Assembly: GCA_051047955.1 (NCBI GenBank)
Contig: JBPGPT010000007.1
Span: 496,001-560,000, forward strand
Origin: Cystobasidiomycetes sp. EMM_F5
Taxonomy: Eukaryota
Direction: 5' to 3'
Length of the DNA stretch: 64,000 nt
The notes under the pieces are model-generated. The model had not been told where the DNA came from and did no database searches. It saw only the letters and a program-made list of their open reading frames with translations. The translations under genes were made by a program, and so were the position numbers. Positions 52,962-64,000 of this stretch are shown here, piece by piece (the stretch's first letter is position 1; each line of letters opens with the position of its first letter).

Positions 52962-53525
52962 TATGAATGGGTTGGACTGTGTCTGTCAACTGGCGAGCTT
53001 CAAACAAAGTGACGGCGCACACTGGAAGCATATATTCCACGTAGGGTCTGAAGCCAAGATGATCTTTTACTGTATTCCATTTCTGCTCTAGAAAACAATG
53101 GGATCCCCTACATGATACAACTAGCATACAAGAGAACCGAATCACTGCAGAAACGCCGTCATGCGAAATAGATTTCTGGACTGCGCCGCGTCAGAACTGA
53201 AATATAGAGGGGAGTGCTCTGATGGGTGAGGACCAATCGGGAACGCATGACGGTCGTGTAATGGTTACATTTTGAAGATTATTACTTGTTCGTACTGTTT
53301 TGAGTTGGGAATGGGGGACTCTTGGTTTGTCGAACACTTCGTGATATGCGACTGCGAAAGGCTTTGCAAAGAGCATCACAGCTTGAAGCACTCAAGTTGT
53401 GAGGTGTGAGGAGATACGACTATGGTCGCAAGAGTGTCGAGATGTCCGATGCATCATCTTTGTAAGACATCGACAGGTTCAGGGGGATGCGTCGAGCCAA
53501 GAATGGCGAGGTAGAAGTGAGATAT

Positions 53526-56020
53526 TTATGGCTTCTTTTCGCCTTCTGTGGAGGAGGACGACGAAGAATCGGAAGATGGAGCGGCATCACCTGCTGGCGG
53601 GGCGCCGCCGTTGGCCTTTGCACGCGCCTCGTAGACCTTCTGGAAGAAGCCAAGGGACGCTTGTTGAGATTCGTTGAGCTTCGTGCGGATAGATTCCGAG
53701 TTGACTGCCGCGTCTCCCGCCTGGCCCTTCATTGCAAGTTCTCGGAGCTCCTTGAAGAGCACCTCGAGCTTCTCCTTCTCAGCCGCATCAATGTGCTCCT
53801 TGAACTCATTCATGGCCTTCTCCGTCTCTGCGACAAACGAGTCTGCCTGGTTGGCAGCCTCAATGACGCTTCTTCGCTCCTTGTCGGCTTCGGCATTCGC
53901 CTCTGCTTCTGAAATCATGCTCTCAATCTCGCGGTCACTCAGACCAGACGAAGCGGCAATAGTGATGGACTGATCTTTGTTGGTCGCACGGTCCTTGGCG
54001 GAGACGTTGACGATACCGTCGGCGTCAATATCGAATGTGACTTCGACTTGAGGAATACCCTTTGGCGCCGGTGGGATACCGACGAGCTGGAAGTTGCCGA
54101 GCATCTTGTTGTCGCGGACGAGCTCTCGCTCTCCCTGGTAGACCTTGATCTCTACGGCAGTCTGGCCATCAGCAGCTGTGCTGAACGTCTGCAGTCACCA
54201 ATCGATCGTCAGAATGTTCTAGAAGAGCAAAACCGAAAGCAATGCAGCCTACCTGGGACTTCTTGGTCGGGATGGTCGTATTTCTGTTGATAAGACGAGT
54301 GAAAACACCACCGAGAGTCTCGATACCGAGCGAGAGGGGAGTAACATCGAGGAGGAGGACATCTGTGACTGATCCAGCGAGGACGGCACCTTGAATAGAA
54401 GCACCAACAGCGACAGCCTCATCTGGATTGACTCCCTTTGAAGGCTCACGTCCAAAGATGGACTTTACAGTCTCGGTAACGCGTGGCATACGAGTCATTC
54501 CTCCTACGAGAATGACATCCTCGATCTCAATTGGCTTGACCTGAGCATCAGACAGAGCCTTCTTGCATGGATCGACAGTCTTGCTGATTAGCGGCGATAC
54601 GAGTTGCTCGAATTTAGATCGTCCGAGCTTGAGGTTGATGTGTTTGGGACCAGATGCGTCGGCAGTGATGAAGGGTAGGGAGATTTCAGTCTGCGCGGTA
54701 GATGACAGCTCAATCTTTGCCTTTTCAGCAGCTTCTCGGATTCGCTGGATGGCCATCCTGTCCTTTGAGACATCGATGCCAGACTCCTTCTTGAATTCAT
54801 CGACGATGTGCTTTACGAGGATGATATCGAAATCTTCTCCACCGAGGTGGGTGTCACCGTTTGTAGACTTTACTTCAAATACGCCCTTGCTCATCTCGAG
54901 AATGGACACGTCGAATGTACCACCCCCAAGATCGTAGACGGCAATGACGCGAGAGTCGTTGCGGTCTAATCCATAGGCAAGAGCAGCGGCGGTAGGCTCG
55001 TTGATGACACGACGTACGTCAAGGCCGGCAATCGTACCCGCGTCCTTTGTCGCTTGTCGCTGTTGATCGTTGAAATAGGCAGGTACGGTGACGACGGCGT
55101 GTTTTACATTTTTGCCGAGGTAGCTCTCTGCAGTCTCCTTCATCTTTTGGACGACAAACTGTGGATAGTGGAAAGGACGCCGTCAATACAGTTACTTTGT
55201 CAGACTGACGTCCACATCACTCACTGCACCAATTTGCTGGGGAGAGTAACTCTTCCCTCTCGCCTCGAGCCAAGCATCACCATTCGAGTGGTTTATAATC
55301 TTGTATGGCACATTGTGAATGTCCTTTTGCACCTCTTTGTCGGCATACTTTCTCCCAATCAGGCGCTTTGTGGCAAAGAATGTGTTTTCGGGGTTGACGA
55401 CTGCCTGACGTTTAGCTGGGAGACCGACGACCTGTTGAGATAATGAGTAGAGACGAAGGGGTCAAATGAGCGTCTTGGACTGTTGCATGAGACCTAGTCG
55501 GAAGGGCCTCCCTACTCACACGCTCGCCGTCTTTTGTGAATGCGACTACGGAGGGTGTTGTTCGAGCACCTTCAGAGTTTTCCAGTACTCGTGGAGTCTT
55601 GCCTTCCTGTAATTATCAATGATACATAGCCAGTCAGATCTCCAAACATGACCAGTCTGACCATGATGCAATTCGAGCTCACCATGATGGAGACACACGA
55701 GTTTGTCGTTCCGAGATCGATACCGCTGTGGGTGTGAGACGAAGATGAGGCAGACCGAGTGTCAGCGTGCGTCTACGTAAATTCTCATACACCCCTCGAC
55801 CTCCATTCCAAATTTTTTTAAAAAAAGAGGCCGACTGGGGGTCATCGATTTTACGCACATGACTGGGCCGGAGACCTTGTCGGAAGCATGTCGGATCTGA
55901 AGACGAAGAGGTATGTGAGTAAACTTGCGACGACTGCCGGCAAGACCATCCTACCTGGAGCGCTGGCCTGAGTGCGTTGGCCCTGCTTGCGCGGAGTGAT
56001 CTTGCTGCGACGGAGAGCAT
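53526..56020 (-). CDS. SSC1: Mitochondrial Hsp70
   Basis: Presequence [50 protein letters not shown]. Confidence 0.97.
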
Positions 56021-56375
56021 TGTTGCAGAGTATCAACTGCTGTGTGGTGTGTATATTATAACTTGTACGCCGTGCTGCCAGTCGGTGGACTTGAGAAAAT
56101 AAAACACAACTTACGCAGCTCGAATGTCAAAATTGTCAAAGATCAGATCGGGTGGCGGATGTCTTCTAGAAAGAGCAGCGGGGGGTATGTGAGGAGGATG
56201 TGAGGAGGATGTAATAATGATTGATAGACACCTTCTAATGGCATTACAATCCTCGCTAATCACCTTGTAATCAGTAATCAGCTTTGTTAATGATGATCGG
56301 TATACAGACACAATTTGCTAATCTCAACACTGCTGCATTACAACTACCATTACAACTCTGTCACCTGTCATTACA

Positions 56376-59290
56376 ATGCCCTCGCTGGTCCCCGCTTCCA
56401 CTCCAGCAGACAGTCTCCTGCGCCAGCTCGCCGACGCAGTGCACGACCAAGCCCACGTCTTTGCGGCCAGCCAGTCAGAGCACATCCAGCAGCTAGCACT
56501 CGACGCGACAAGGCAGCTGTTTGAGCAGTGTGAGTGGGGGTGTGCAATCGTTTATGCATTCTCTGACAAATTCTCCCGCTTCATGGGCGTGTTCGTGCAG
56601 CCCTCAGAGACGAGTCCATCTACCTCCCCTCCCTAGCAAGTCTTCTCGTCCAACTACACGAAAATGGATATACAAATGGAGATGCACAGATTTCGACAAG
56701 GGCGTCATCGTCCAAATCCAACGGCAGATCAGCGTCAAAGCCCTCCACCTCCACACCCTCCGTCAAGTACATCATGGCTAGCGATCCAACATTTGGGCAG
56801 ACGCCGCTCAGTGAGCTGTACGTTGAGCCGCAAGGGCATGCGGCAAAAGACGAGGCAGGAGAGGAGGAATTGGAGATGGAGAGCATGGCCGATCAGATGG
56901 TGTGGGAGCAGCTCAGGATTAGAGTAGGCAAGAGTCTCGACCTGTTTTCGGCACTGACAGAGATGGAGAGTGATGATGATGGAGAGGATGGGCAGGGGAG
57001 GGGGAGTGATGACGAGGAGGAGGAGGAAGCAATCGACAGCGATGAGGATGTGGATGTAGATGTGGATCAAGACGAGGATGAACAGCTCGATATGGATGAC
57101 ATCGCCGACGACTACAACGACAAAGATGAGTCCGAAACAGAATCTGAAGAATTCGACGAGCAGGAAGAGGATGACGACCTGCAAGACTCTGAAGACGAGA
57201 CACACGCAGGTCCAAGCACTAGTCACCCAAAGACTCTGCCTAAACCATACTTTGCGCCATTGCGTGATCCAGAAGAGGAGGAGGGAGATGACGATGACGA
57301 CGAGGACGATGATGAAGCTCACCAAATTACTCTAGACTACGATATACAAGACTCTCCTATTCGAAAGAACAAGAAGAAGCAAAGCACACCAAAACTAACC
57401 AAAGGAAAATCCGAACTAGACGCTGGCTTTTTTGCTTTGGACGACTTCAATTCGCAGATTCTGAATGGGGAAGAAGAGATGGATCGATATATGAAATCCG
57501 GAAAGAGCAAGAGCGTAAACGATACTACTCTTCGTGGTCTCGATGGATTGGCAGACGAAGACGACGACGAGAATGAAGATATCGATTACTTTGCTCCGGC
57601 CGGTCCTTCTCGTTTACGACTCGGATCGTACGAAGAAGATGTGGATGAAGAAGAGGAGCATGAAGGAATTGCCCCGGAAGATATGCGATATGATGATTTT
57701 TGGCAAGCGCCAAAACAGTTCTATGGGGACGCGAAACAGAAGAAACGCGTCAGGGCGGATGGAGACGATGCTGCGGATCATGATCCGACGTCCCGACACA
57801 GGCAAAAGGACAGAAAAGGCAAAGGAAAGCAGAGGCAGGACGAGTCTTTGCGTAGGTCAGAAGATGAAGGACGTTCTGTAGCTACATCCACATCCACCTC
57901 AGCAGCAGCAGCAAAGAAGAGAAGAGTCAGCTTCAATTCCGACGTCAAGGTGCAGGAATTCGAGTCCGGTTCGGCAAAGCAGAGTGCGGTAGCTGCACTT
58001 GTCAAACAGATTGGCATGAAGGCCGCCCTCAAGAAGCTCAGTCAGCCGGGTTATGATCCGGAGGCTGAGGATGATGATGAGGATGATGAGGGGCTCGACG
58101 ATGAGGAAGGAGATGACGACGAGGGCGAGGAGGATGAGGATGCTATTGACATTGAGGAGGACAGTCAAGATGGCGAAGAGGAGGGCGTCGACACCGACGC
58201 CGATGCTCGTACTATGCAGCGAATACATCGCGATCTGCTGGCAGACGATGATGTGGACATTCCTCAGTCAAATGGCAAGAAGAAGAACAAGAAAGCGCAA
58301 CAGAGTCGCCATGAACGTCGCATGGCTGCACTGGAAGAACAGATTGATCAATTGGAGCAGGAGAACGTCGCGGAGAGAGAGTGGGCTATGCGCGGAGAAG
58401 TCGGATCTAGAGCACGGCCTGTCAACAGCTTGTTGGAGGAAGATCTCGAGTTTGATCAGGTCGCCAAAGTGGTACCTGTCGTCACAGAGGAGACATCACA
58501 AACACTTGAAGACAAGATCAAGAAGCGCATTCTTGATGTAAGCCTTGTGTAACGGAGGCGGTTCTGCAAGTCTGACTTTGTCGACCATCAGGACCAATTC
58601 GATGACGTTGTCCGTCGACGCGCTGTCGAGAGCAATCCTTACCTCCCTTCCAAGCTGCTCGACATCAAGGACACCCAGTCCGACCGATCTCTTGCTGAAA
58701 TCTACGCCGATGAATTTGCAGCCGAGCGAACGAAGGCAGCTGGAGGCGACGAAGCTCTACCCGAAGTGGATGCAAAGCTTGCCAAGGAGCACGAGAGCAT
58801 TCGCAACATTTTCGAGGAAGTATGCAATAAGCTCGATGCGCTCAGTAATGCTCACTTTACGCCAAAGGCTGCACAGACTGTCATCACTACCATTACAAAC
58901 CTCCCTTCAATCGCAATGGAATCTGCTTTGCCCACTGCAGCCTCTAGCGCAACTATGCTTGCGCCCGAAGAGGTCTACGCACCTGCTCAACGCGGTACGC
59001 TCACGAGCAAGAGCGAAATGACGCCTGCGCAAAAGAAGGCAGCCCGTGCTTCAGCTCGCAAGGCTCGTGCGCAAACGCAAAAGAGTATAGAAAAGTACGG
59101 GGGTCGCACAAGCTCTACGAAAAAGGCAAAGGAGCAGGCTATGAACAGCCTCATTGGCAAGCGAGGAGTCACAGTCGTAGGAAAAGGCAAGGCGGCAAAG
59201 AGTGCGCTAACTGGAAAGAAGCGCAAGGAGAATGTACCACCGCAGTCGGCTGGTCTGCCGTCAGGTTCTGCGTCTTCATTCAAGCTGTAG
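56376..59290 (+). CDS. MPP10: U3 snoRNP protein Mpp10
   Basis: Acidic region, QMVWEQL, W.MRGEV..RARPVNSLLEEDLEF, LDALSNAHFTPK, APEEVY. Confidence 0.92.
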
Positions 59291-59576
59291 ATTGTCGTAC
59301 TGTTGTAGGGGGCAATATCGCAGCGTTGGTCAAGCACAGGTGATGGAGTTCGTGCAAGGCTTGCTAACGAAGCTCAGCAATGATCATCCTTAAGCTTGTG
59401 ATTTTTGAGAGCGGTCTCCTCAGCGTGGCGGATGAGGAGGAAGAAAGATATCTGACAGCCGAGCTTCGAATTACATGAAAGGCTAACAGAAGTAGATGCG
59501 GAGGTTAGTCTGCTCGTAGTAGCAAGCTTGTACGGTGCAAAAAGCTGATCTCCGAAGCAGAGAATCAAAAGATGAG

Positions 59577-59612
59577 TGGACCGCCAGGGCATCGATCCGT
59601 GTACCTCGCGCA
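59577..59612 (-). pseudogene. Isolated 3' half (positions 38-73) of a tRNA-Ala
   Basis: T GCGCG AGGTA CACGG ATCGATG CCCTG GCGGTCC A followed shortly by TTTT; no 5' half found nearby. Confidence 0.55.
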
Positions 59613-59789
59613 GATTGTGCTTTTGGCTATTCTGAACGCATTGGAGGATGCTTCAGAATGCACAGAACTGTGCAGACCTGACCTTCATGGGTAGCGTGGT
59701 CGGAGAAAGATTACGAGATGCGCCAGTACGTGTTTGGCACCATCATTGCATGGCTATGTACAAGACCGCCCGTCATATTTTGCGTTCCC

Positions 59790-61234
59790 TCAACCCTGCT
59801 TCCGTGCAGTCAGACCCCTGGCCCCTACAGGCTTCTTTTTCCGTCCGAAATACGTGATGGCTGAGTACGCGACTCCTAAGACGACCACCAGACCAGCTCC
59901 TGCATGAAGGAATGATATGCCAGAAGGACTGTAATCGGGTGCCATCATGGCGAATTTAGCAGAGTTTACAAGAGAACGCAACTCCTCCACGGCGAGAGAG
60001 GTGGGAAGTATCGCAATTGCGTCGTAATCATGTGTTGCTGAAGTCTCGCTGCCTGAGCTTTCCGCATTTGACTTGCTGTTCGTCCTTGAGACGTCAACAA
60101 AGCAAAGTAAGGGTCAAAATGCGCAGTGATAACATCGGTAGAGTATGCGAGAAGAGGTACCGGAAGAGGGCTCGAGAAGATGTATAGGAAAGGAAAGTAT
60201 GACCCACCCTATCAATAGCTTGACTAGCTCTCCTTGCTCGTGCAGTTCATGGACTCTGTCACTTCCTCCAACATGCTTGTTGCCAATGAAGATGCTCGGA
60301 ACTGTTCGTTGGCCGGTGAGCTCTGCTAGGTACGCTTGTATGTCTGCACCGTTGTCAAGCAGATCTAACTCGAATATCTTTGGTTGACTACGCTTGTCTG
60401 GGATGGAGGCAATGAGATCTTTTGCCCGCTTGGAGTGCGGCTGGGGAAGATGGCGATTTAGACACACCCGGCATGTGGGAAACTGCGACTCACGCAATAG
60501 CTTTTGCTGAAGATGACGATGTGATTGGCCTTGATCGCTTGCTGTATGTTACTTGTGTGAGCAAAGTGCAGCGCGGGAAGAGTCAGGAATACTCACATCT
60601 ACCAGTGTCTTGGCTGATGGTTGCTTTGCAGCTTGGTCCGCGCTATCCGGTGCTTTGCGGTTCTGATGTGGAGGAGTCAGTGGGATTGCCGACAGCGAAG
60701 TGATGTCTGTTCGTACTGTAATCTCAACCAGCTCCACATCAAAGATTAGCGTTGAACCAGCCGGGATAGGACCCATATTGCGGTTGCCGTAGCTATGAGG
60801 GAAGATCACGTCAATTGCACTTCATCGTTGCTATCAGGAAATGAACCGACCCCAGCTCTGGAGGTATTGTCAGGGTGCGCTTCTCCCCGATACACATGTC
60901 GACCAAGCCACGGTCCCATCCCTACTCAATTATCTTAGTGTATGCCAATATTAAAACAGAGAGCACAACGCCTCACCGCGATGACCTGACCACCGCCAAG
61001 CTTGAAGCCAAACGTCTGGCCGCGATCCCGAGAGCTGTCAAACTTGTTCCCAGCAGATCCGTCGGCATTCTGGAGCCATCCCGTATAGTGCATTTGCAGC
61101 TTGTCGCCGTTTTGGGTCTTTATGGGACACTCGGACGGCAGCTCATCGACCCTCACTTGCAAGTCTCCAGCTGCAAGGGCCGCGCTGGCCAGCAGCGCAG
61201 GTAGAGAGAGCAGATGTAGCAGACGAAGACGCAT
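59790..61234 (-). CDS. Secretory FKBP-type PPIase fused to monothiol glutaredoxin with C-terminal TM
   Basis: Signal peptide, [30 protein letters not shown], spliced in frame to IFSKSYCPHS..GQRTVP..GGSD and a TM plus RKKK tail. Confidence 0.8.
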
Positions 61235-61320
61235 TTTTATATTGGCAGTGCGGTTGATGGAAGGACAACCTGGGTCGGATTAATCACAACGCGAATGCTA
61301 AATGACAAATTCGTCGTCTT

Positions 61321-62486
61321 TCATTTGCTAAGAAACGACAGAATGTCCTTCACTGCTGGCCTGCTAGTTGCGCGCGCTCCCTTGCCTTCTCGTTCCTGGC
61401 CTGTGCAACCTGCTGAGCATCTGATATCGCTGTTTGCAACTTCCCCTCTTTGGCCAATGCAACCAAGACCGCATGGACGAGTCCGAGATGGTTGTGCCGC
61501 CTCATTGTGTTCTCAAACTTTCACACGCGGCACTTAGTCCATTGCCGAGCATAAGGAATTTGCACCCAGACTTACTGCCCATCGCCTCTTCTTGTCCAGT
61601 TCATCTTGCAGTCTGACTTGCATATTGTAGATATCGGCACTCGTGTCAGCTGCCAGGTCTGTCCCAGTATCTCCGCCAGCTGCGCTTCCTTGAATAGATT
61701 GCAAGGCTTCCAGCTTCTCCCGCAGTACTGCCTCTTGATCCTGGCAAATGGCCATAAGATTGAAGTTGATTTCGCTGTCTCCGTACGCCGCGATGCGTTT
61801 TTCGATAACGTCTCTAGCGCGATCTGTCCACGTAGACGACACTTTCCCGTGCGAGAGAGGATACTGTTGTAGACCATCGAGCTCGTATAGCTCCCCGTCG
61901 ATCGGGACGTACGCTATGAAGTGATACGCATCCTCCTTTTCTCGCTCATCGTCTGGGTCTCGAGTATGTTCGAAGGGATCTGACCTCGCAAAGCTGTTGT
62001 GGACTGCGGAAAAGATGTAAGATTAGACTATTACTGATGTATGCAACACCACGCACCCTCTCGTATCTTCTCAGAATTGCTTACTGCCCAGCCTCTACTT
62101 GGAGGATCCAGCGCAGTACTGAAATTGCGGAGACTCTCGAGTTCATTGCCCAATTCAACAGACTGTCCAGGAGCGGGAGATATGTTCAATACTGCATTCA
62201 GTATAGCCATTGTAGCGCAGGCGTTGTTGATGACTTGGTGTGCGAAATAAAAGTTGGCATCGCTATTTGGCGTGCCTCTATCGGTATTGCTGGTAGAATC
62301 GACATTTGCCGATGTATCAACGTATTTGAAGAGGAATATAAGCGCATAGATTGGTTGTATGGATGCTAGAAGGGCGGGGTCGAGACTGTATAATTCGCTG
62401 AATTCCAGGCCGCGTACACCCAAATCTTCCAGTAATGCAGAGAAAATGGAGGGGTCGCTTTCAGTCAAAGACCAACCTTCAGACAT
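61321..62486 (-). CDS. UCH37: Ubiquitin C-terminal hydrolase UCH37/UCHL5 (peptidase C12)
   Basis: WSLTESDP, QVINNACAT (Cys), YHFIAY..YELDGL (His/Asp), C-terminal ENTMRRHN. Confidence 0.92.
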
Positions 62487-62601
62487 GCTCGGCAGTGTGG
62501 TGTCAGTAGTGTATGACGCGATATTACGTCCTCTCAGAGTTTCATTCGGTTAGGCGAAAGGGCAGAGCGGACAAAAATGGATCAACCCAATAAAAATCAG
62601 T

Positions 62602-62606
62602 AAAAA
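62602..62606 (-). terminator. Pol III T5 terminator of tRNA-Ala
   Basis: TTTTT directly after A73; further T5 runs at 62592-62596 and 62573-62577. Confidence 0.8.
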
Positions 62607-62736
62607 TGGATCACAAGGGCATCGATCCCTTCACCTCCCGCATGCTAAGCGGCTGTCAAGAGCATTTTAATCAGCTGAACGTTTTTGGTGATCGTGGCCA
62701 TGTGCTTACGCGCTCTACCACCTGAGCTAGCAACCC
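62607..62736 (-). tRNA. tRNA-Ala(AGC) with 57-nt GT-AG intron at position 27/28
   Basis: Exon1 62736-62710 (27 nt) plus exon2 62652-62607 (46 nt) = GGGTTGC TA GCTC AGGTGGTA GAGC G CCCGC TT AGC AT GCGGG AGGTG AAGGG ATCGATG CCCTT GTGATCC A; G3:U70 and A73 Ala determinants. Confidence 0.9.
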
Positions 62737-62760
62737 GATGAAAGAGCAGTCTTATTTTAG

Positions 62761-62771
62761 TATATATATAT
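62761..62771 (-). promoter_or_regulatory. TATA element upstream of tRNA-Ala
   Basis: (TA)5 at about -25 to -35 from tRNA +1. Confidence 0.55.
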
Positions 62772-63273
62772 CCAGCAATTCGCCGGGGAGCGGAAGGCAC
62801 GCAACAGCTGCAGGAGGTTTGAAGCGACCGAACTATAGATGGATGTACCCTGGACAGATGATTTACAAGCAGTATATGGGTAAATGCAATCTCGATGACT
62901 GAAGTCGCCGAAAGTCAAACAAATCCGGCAAGCCGTAATCAAAAGCACCGCGCAATGGAGCACTTCTGCATTACAACGACTGCAATGACTGTAGACCATC
63001 ATGTACCCGCAAACAACTGAGAAGAACTGAAAGATCTGATATAATCAAAGCCTGACTTGAAGATTCAGGACCACGCACTGTAAAGCAACGCAAAAAGAAG
63101 CATGAACTGCAGGTTGCCGGAAAGCATATGGCTGGACGAAAGATTGCGGCGCCAAGGCTCGCAGTGAGTTTGTGGTCATTCACACCGGAAACTGCGAACG
63201 ATCTCAAGTGACGTCCGGCAGGGTGTGAAAGATACTAATGGGAAATCTGGTCGACAAAATCGGCCAGTCTACG

Positions 63274-64000
63274 CTAGTCCGTATCTTCGGTCATCTTCGC
63301 GTCGACGTGTTCAGTGCTTGCGTTTTCGTTTGTCTCGGGGCGAAGTCCGTGCTGCGGGTCTGGAAAACTTATGCCGATCGAATCGAGGTATGCAAAAATA
63401 GGGGTGGCGTATTGGCTCAGCTGCACTGCGGCAGCTTCGTACCACAGCACATTCGTCAGACGCGGACCACCGCGAGTAGTAGGACGAACGGTCTCTGCTG
63501 TACGAAGTCTGAGAACTGGACTCCACTGCCTAAGCTCCATTTGATCTGTGTTCGGTATTTGCAGCACCAGGAATAGGACGAAATGACCGGGGTGTTCAGA
63601 ATCTTTGCGCAAGCAAGCTCTGCAGACGATGCCATCTTCCGTGACAAATTCCTCTCTCTTTCCCAGTACTCGCTGCAGGTTTGCGGTGACAACCTTGAAT
63701 ACAAACCTTCTGAATTTACCCTCTTCGACAGTACCAGAGTCACTTGACTTCGATCTTTTCTGCACTCGCGCTCGTAATGGTTGGCCTGGCAGGCATATGC
63801 CGTTACCTGGCATTGCGAATAGGACATGCCCATTTTGATGATTGCGCCCGTTGACAACAAGCTTGGCCGGTATCTGCCACCATTCACTTCGTATGAGATC
63901 GACCAGCTGTTTGACGGTCTGGACAGACCTCTGCTTGTCATTCGGACCCCTGATGATTTGCAATGCAGACTGCTGTCCGGAAGATGAGCTTGCTGTGGGA
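63274..64000 (-). CDS. Hypothetical protein, 3' part (open to window end)
   Basis: >240 codons without a stop, frame open to position 64000; no recognised domain. Confidence 0.5.
   Translation of the reverse strand, partial: PTASSSSGQQSALQIIRGPNDKQRSVQTVKQLVDLIRSEWWQIPAKLVVNGRNHQNGHVLFAMPGNGICLPGQPLRARVQKRSKSSDSGTVEEGKFRRFVFKVVTANLQRVLGKREEFVTEDGIVCRACLRKDSEHPGHFVLFLVLQIPNTDQMELRQWSPVLRLRTAETVRPTTRGGPRLTNVLWYEAAAVQLSQYATPIFAYLDSIGISFPDPQHGLRPETNENASTEHVDAKMTEDTD

Noticed and set aside
59400..59577. Circularly permuted tRNA (5' half downstream of the 3' half)
   Set aside because: No D-arm or acceptor 5' strand is seen downstream and a T4 run follows closely
62653..62709. Canonical SEN-type or BHB tRNA intron
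   Set aside because: Wrong position (27/28 rather than 37/38) and no bulge-helix-bulge evident by eye, whereas spliceosomal signals are complete
59577..62736. tRNA-targeted integrative element bounded by full tRNA-Ala and a 3' tRNA fragment
   Set aside because: The two 3' halves differ at many stem positions, the intervening genes are intron-containing housekeeping genes, and no integrase is present
1..64000. Transposons, CRISPR arrays, rRNA
   Set aside because: No transposase or RT ORF, LTR/TIR pair, repeat-spacer array or rRNA sequence recognised

Overview
Gene-dense, intron-rich (mostly 50-60 nt GT-AG introns with CTRAY branch sites) fungal nuclear DNA, most consistent with a basidiomycete yeast (inference). 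About 25 conserved genes are recognisable, including an alpha-arrestin, NDUFS6, YTA7, SPP1, an aldehyde reductase, CCDC130, a queuosine-salvage-like protein, a DEAD-box helicase, a PPPDE peptidase, CHK1, MED21, MCR1, PNO1, a TBC RabGAP, ALDH3, a type II dehydroquinase-like protein, a KH protein, an I9 inhibitor, SSC1, MPP10 and UCH37. Most notable: (1) a tRNA-Ala(AGC) gene at 62607-62736 (-) interrupted at non-canonical position 27/28 by a 57-nt intron with spliceosomal (GTAAGC...GCTGAT...CAG) signals, whose removal gives an exact 73-nt cloverleaf; (2) a locally expanded family of 5-6 small intronless orphan genes sharing an unrecognised domain (28.9-41.6 kb); (3) a secretory FKBP-glutaredoxin-TM fusion; (4) a type II dehydroquinase homologue missing key catalytic residues; (5) a long hairpin sequestering the 5' splice site of an SSC1 intron. 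Exon boundaries were read by eye and no database searches were run.
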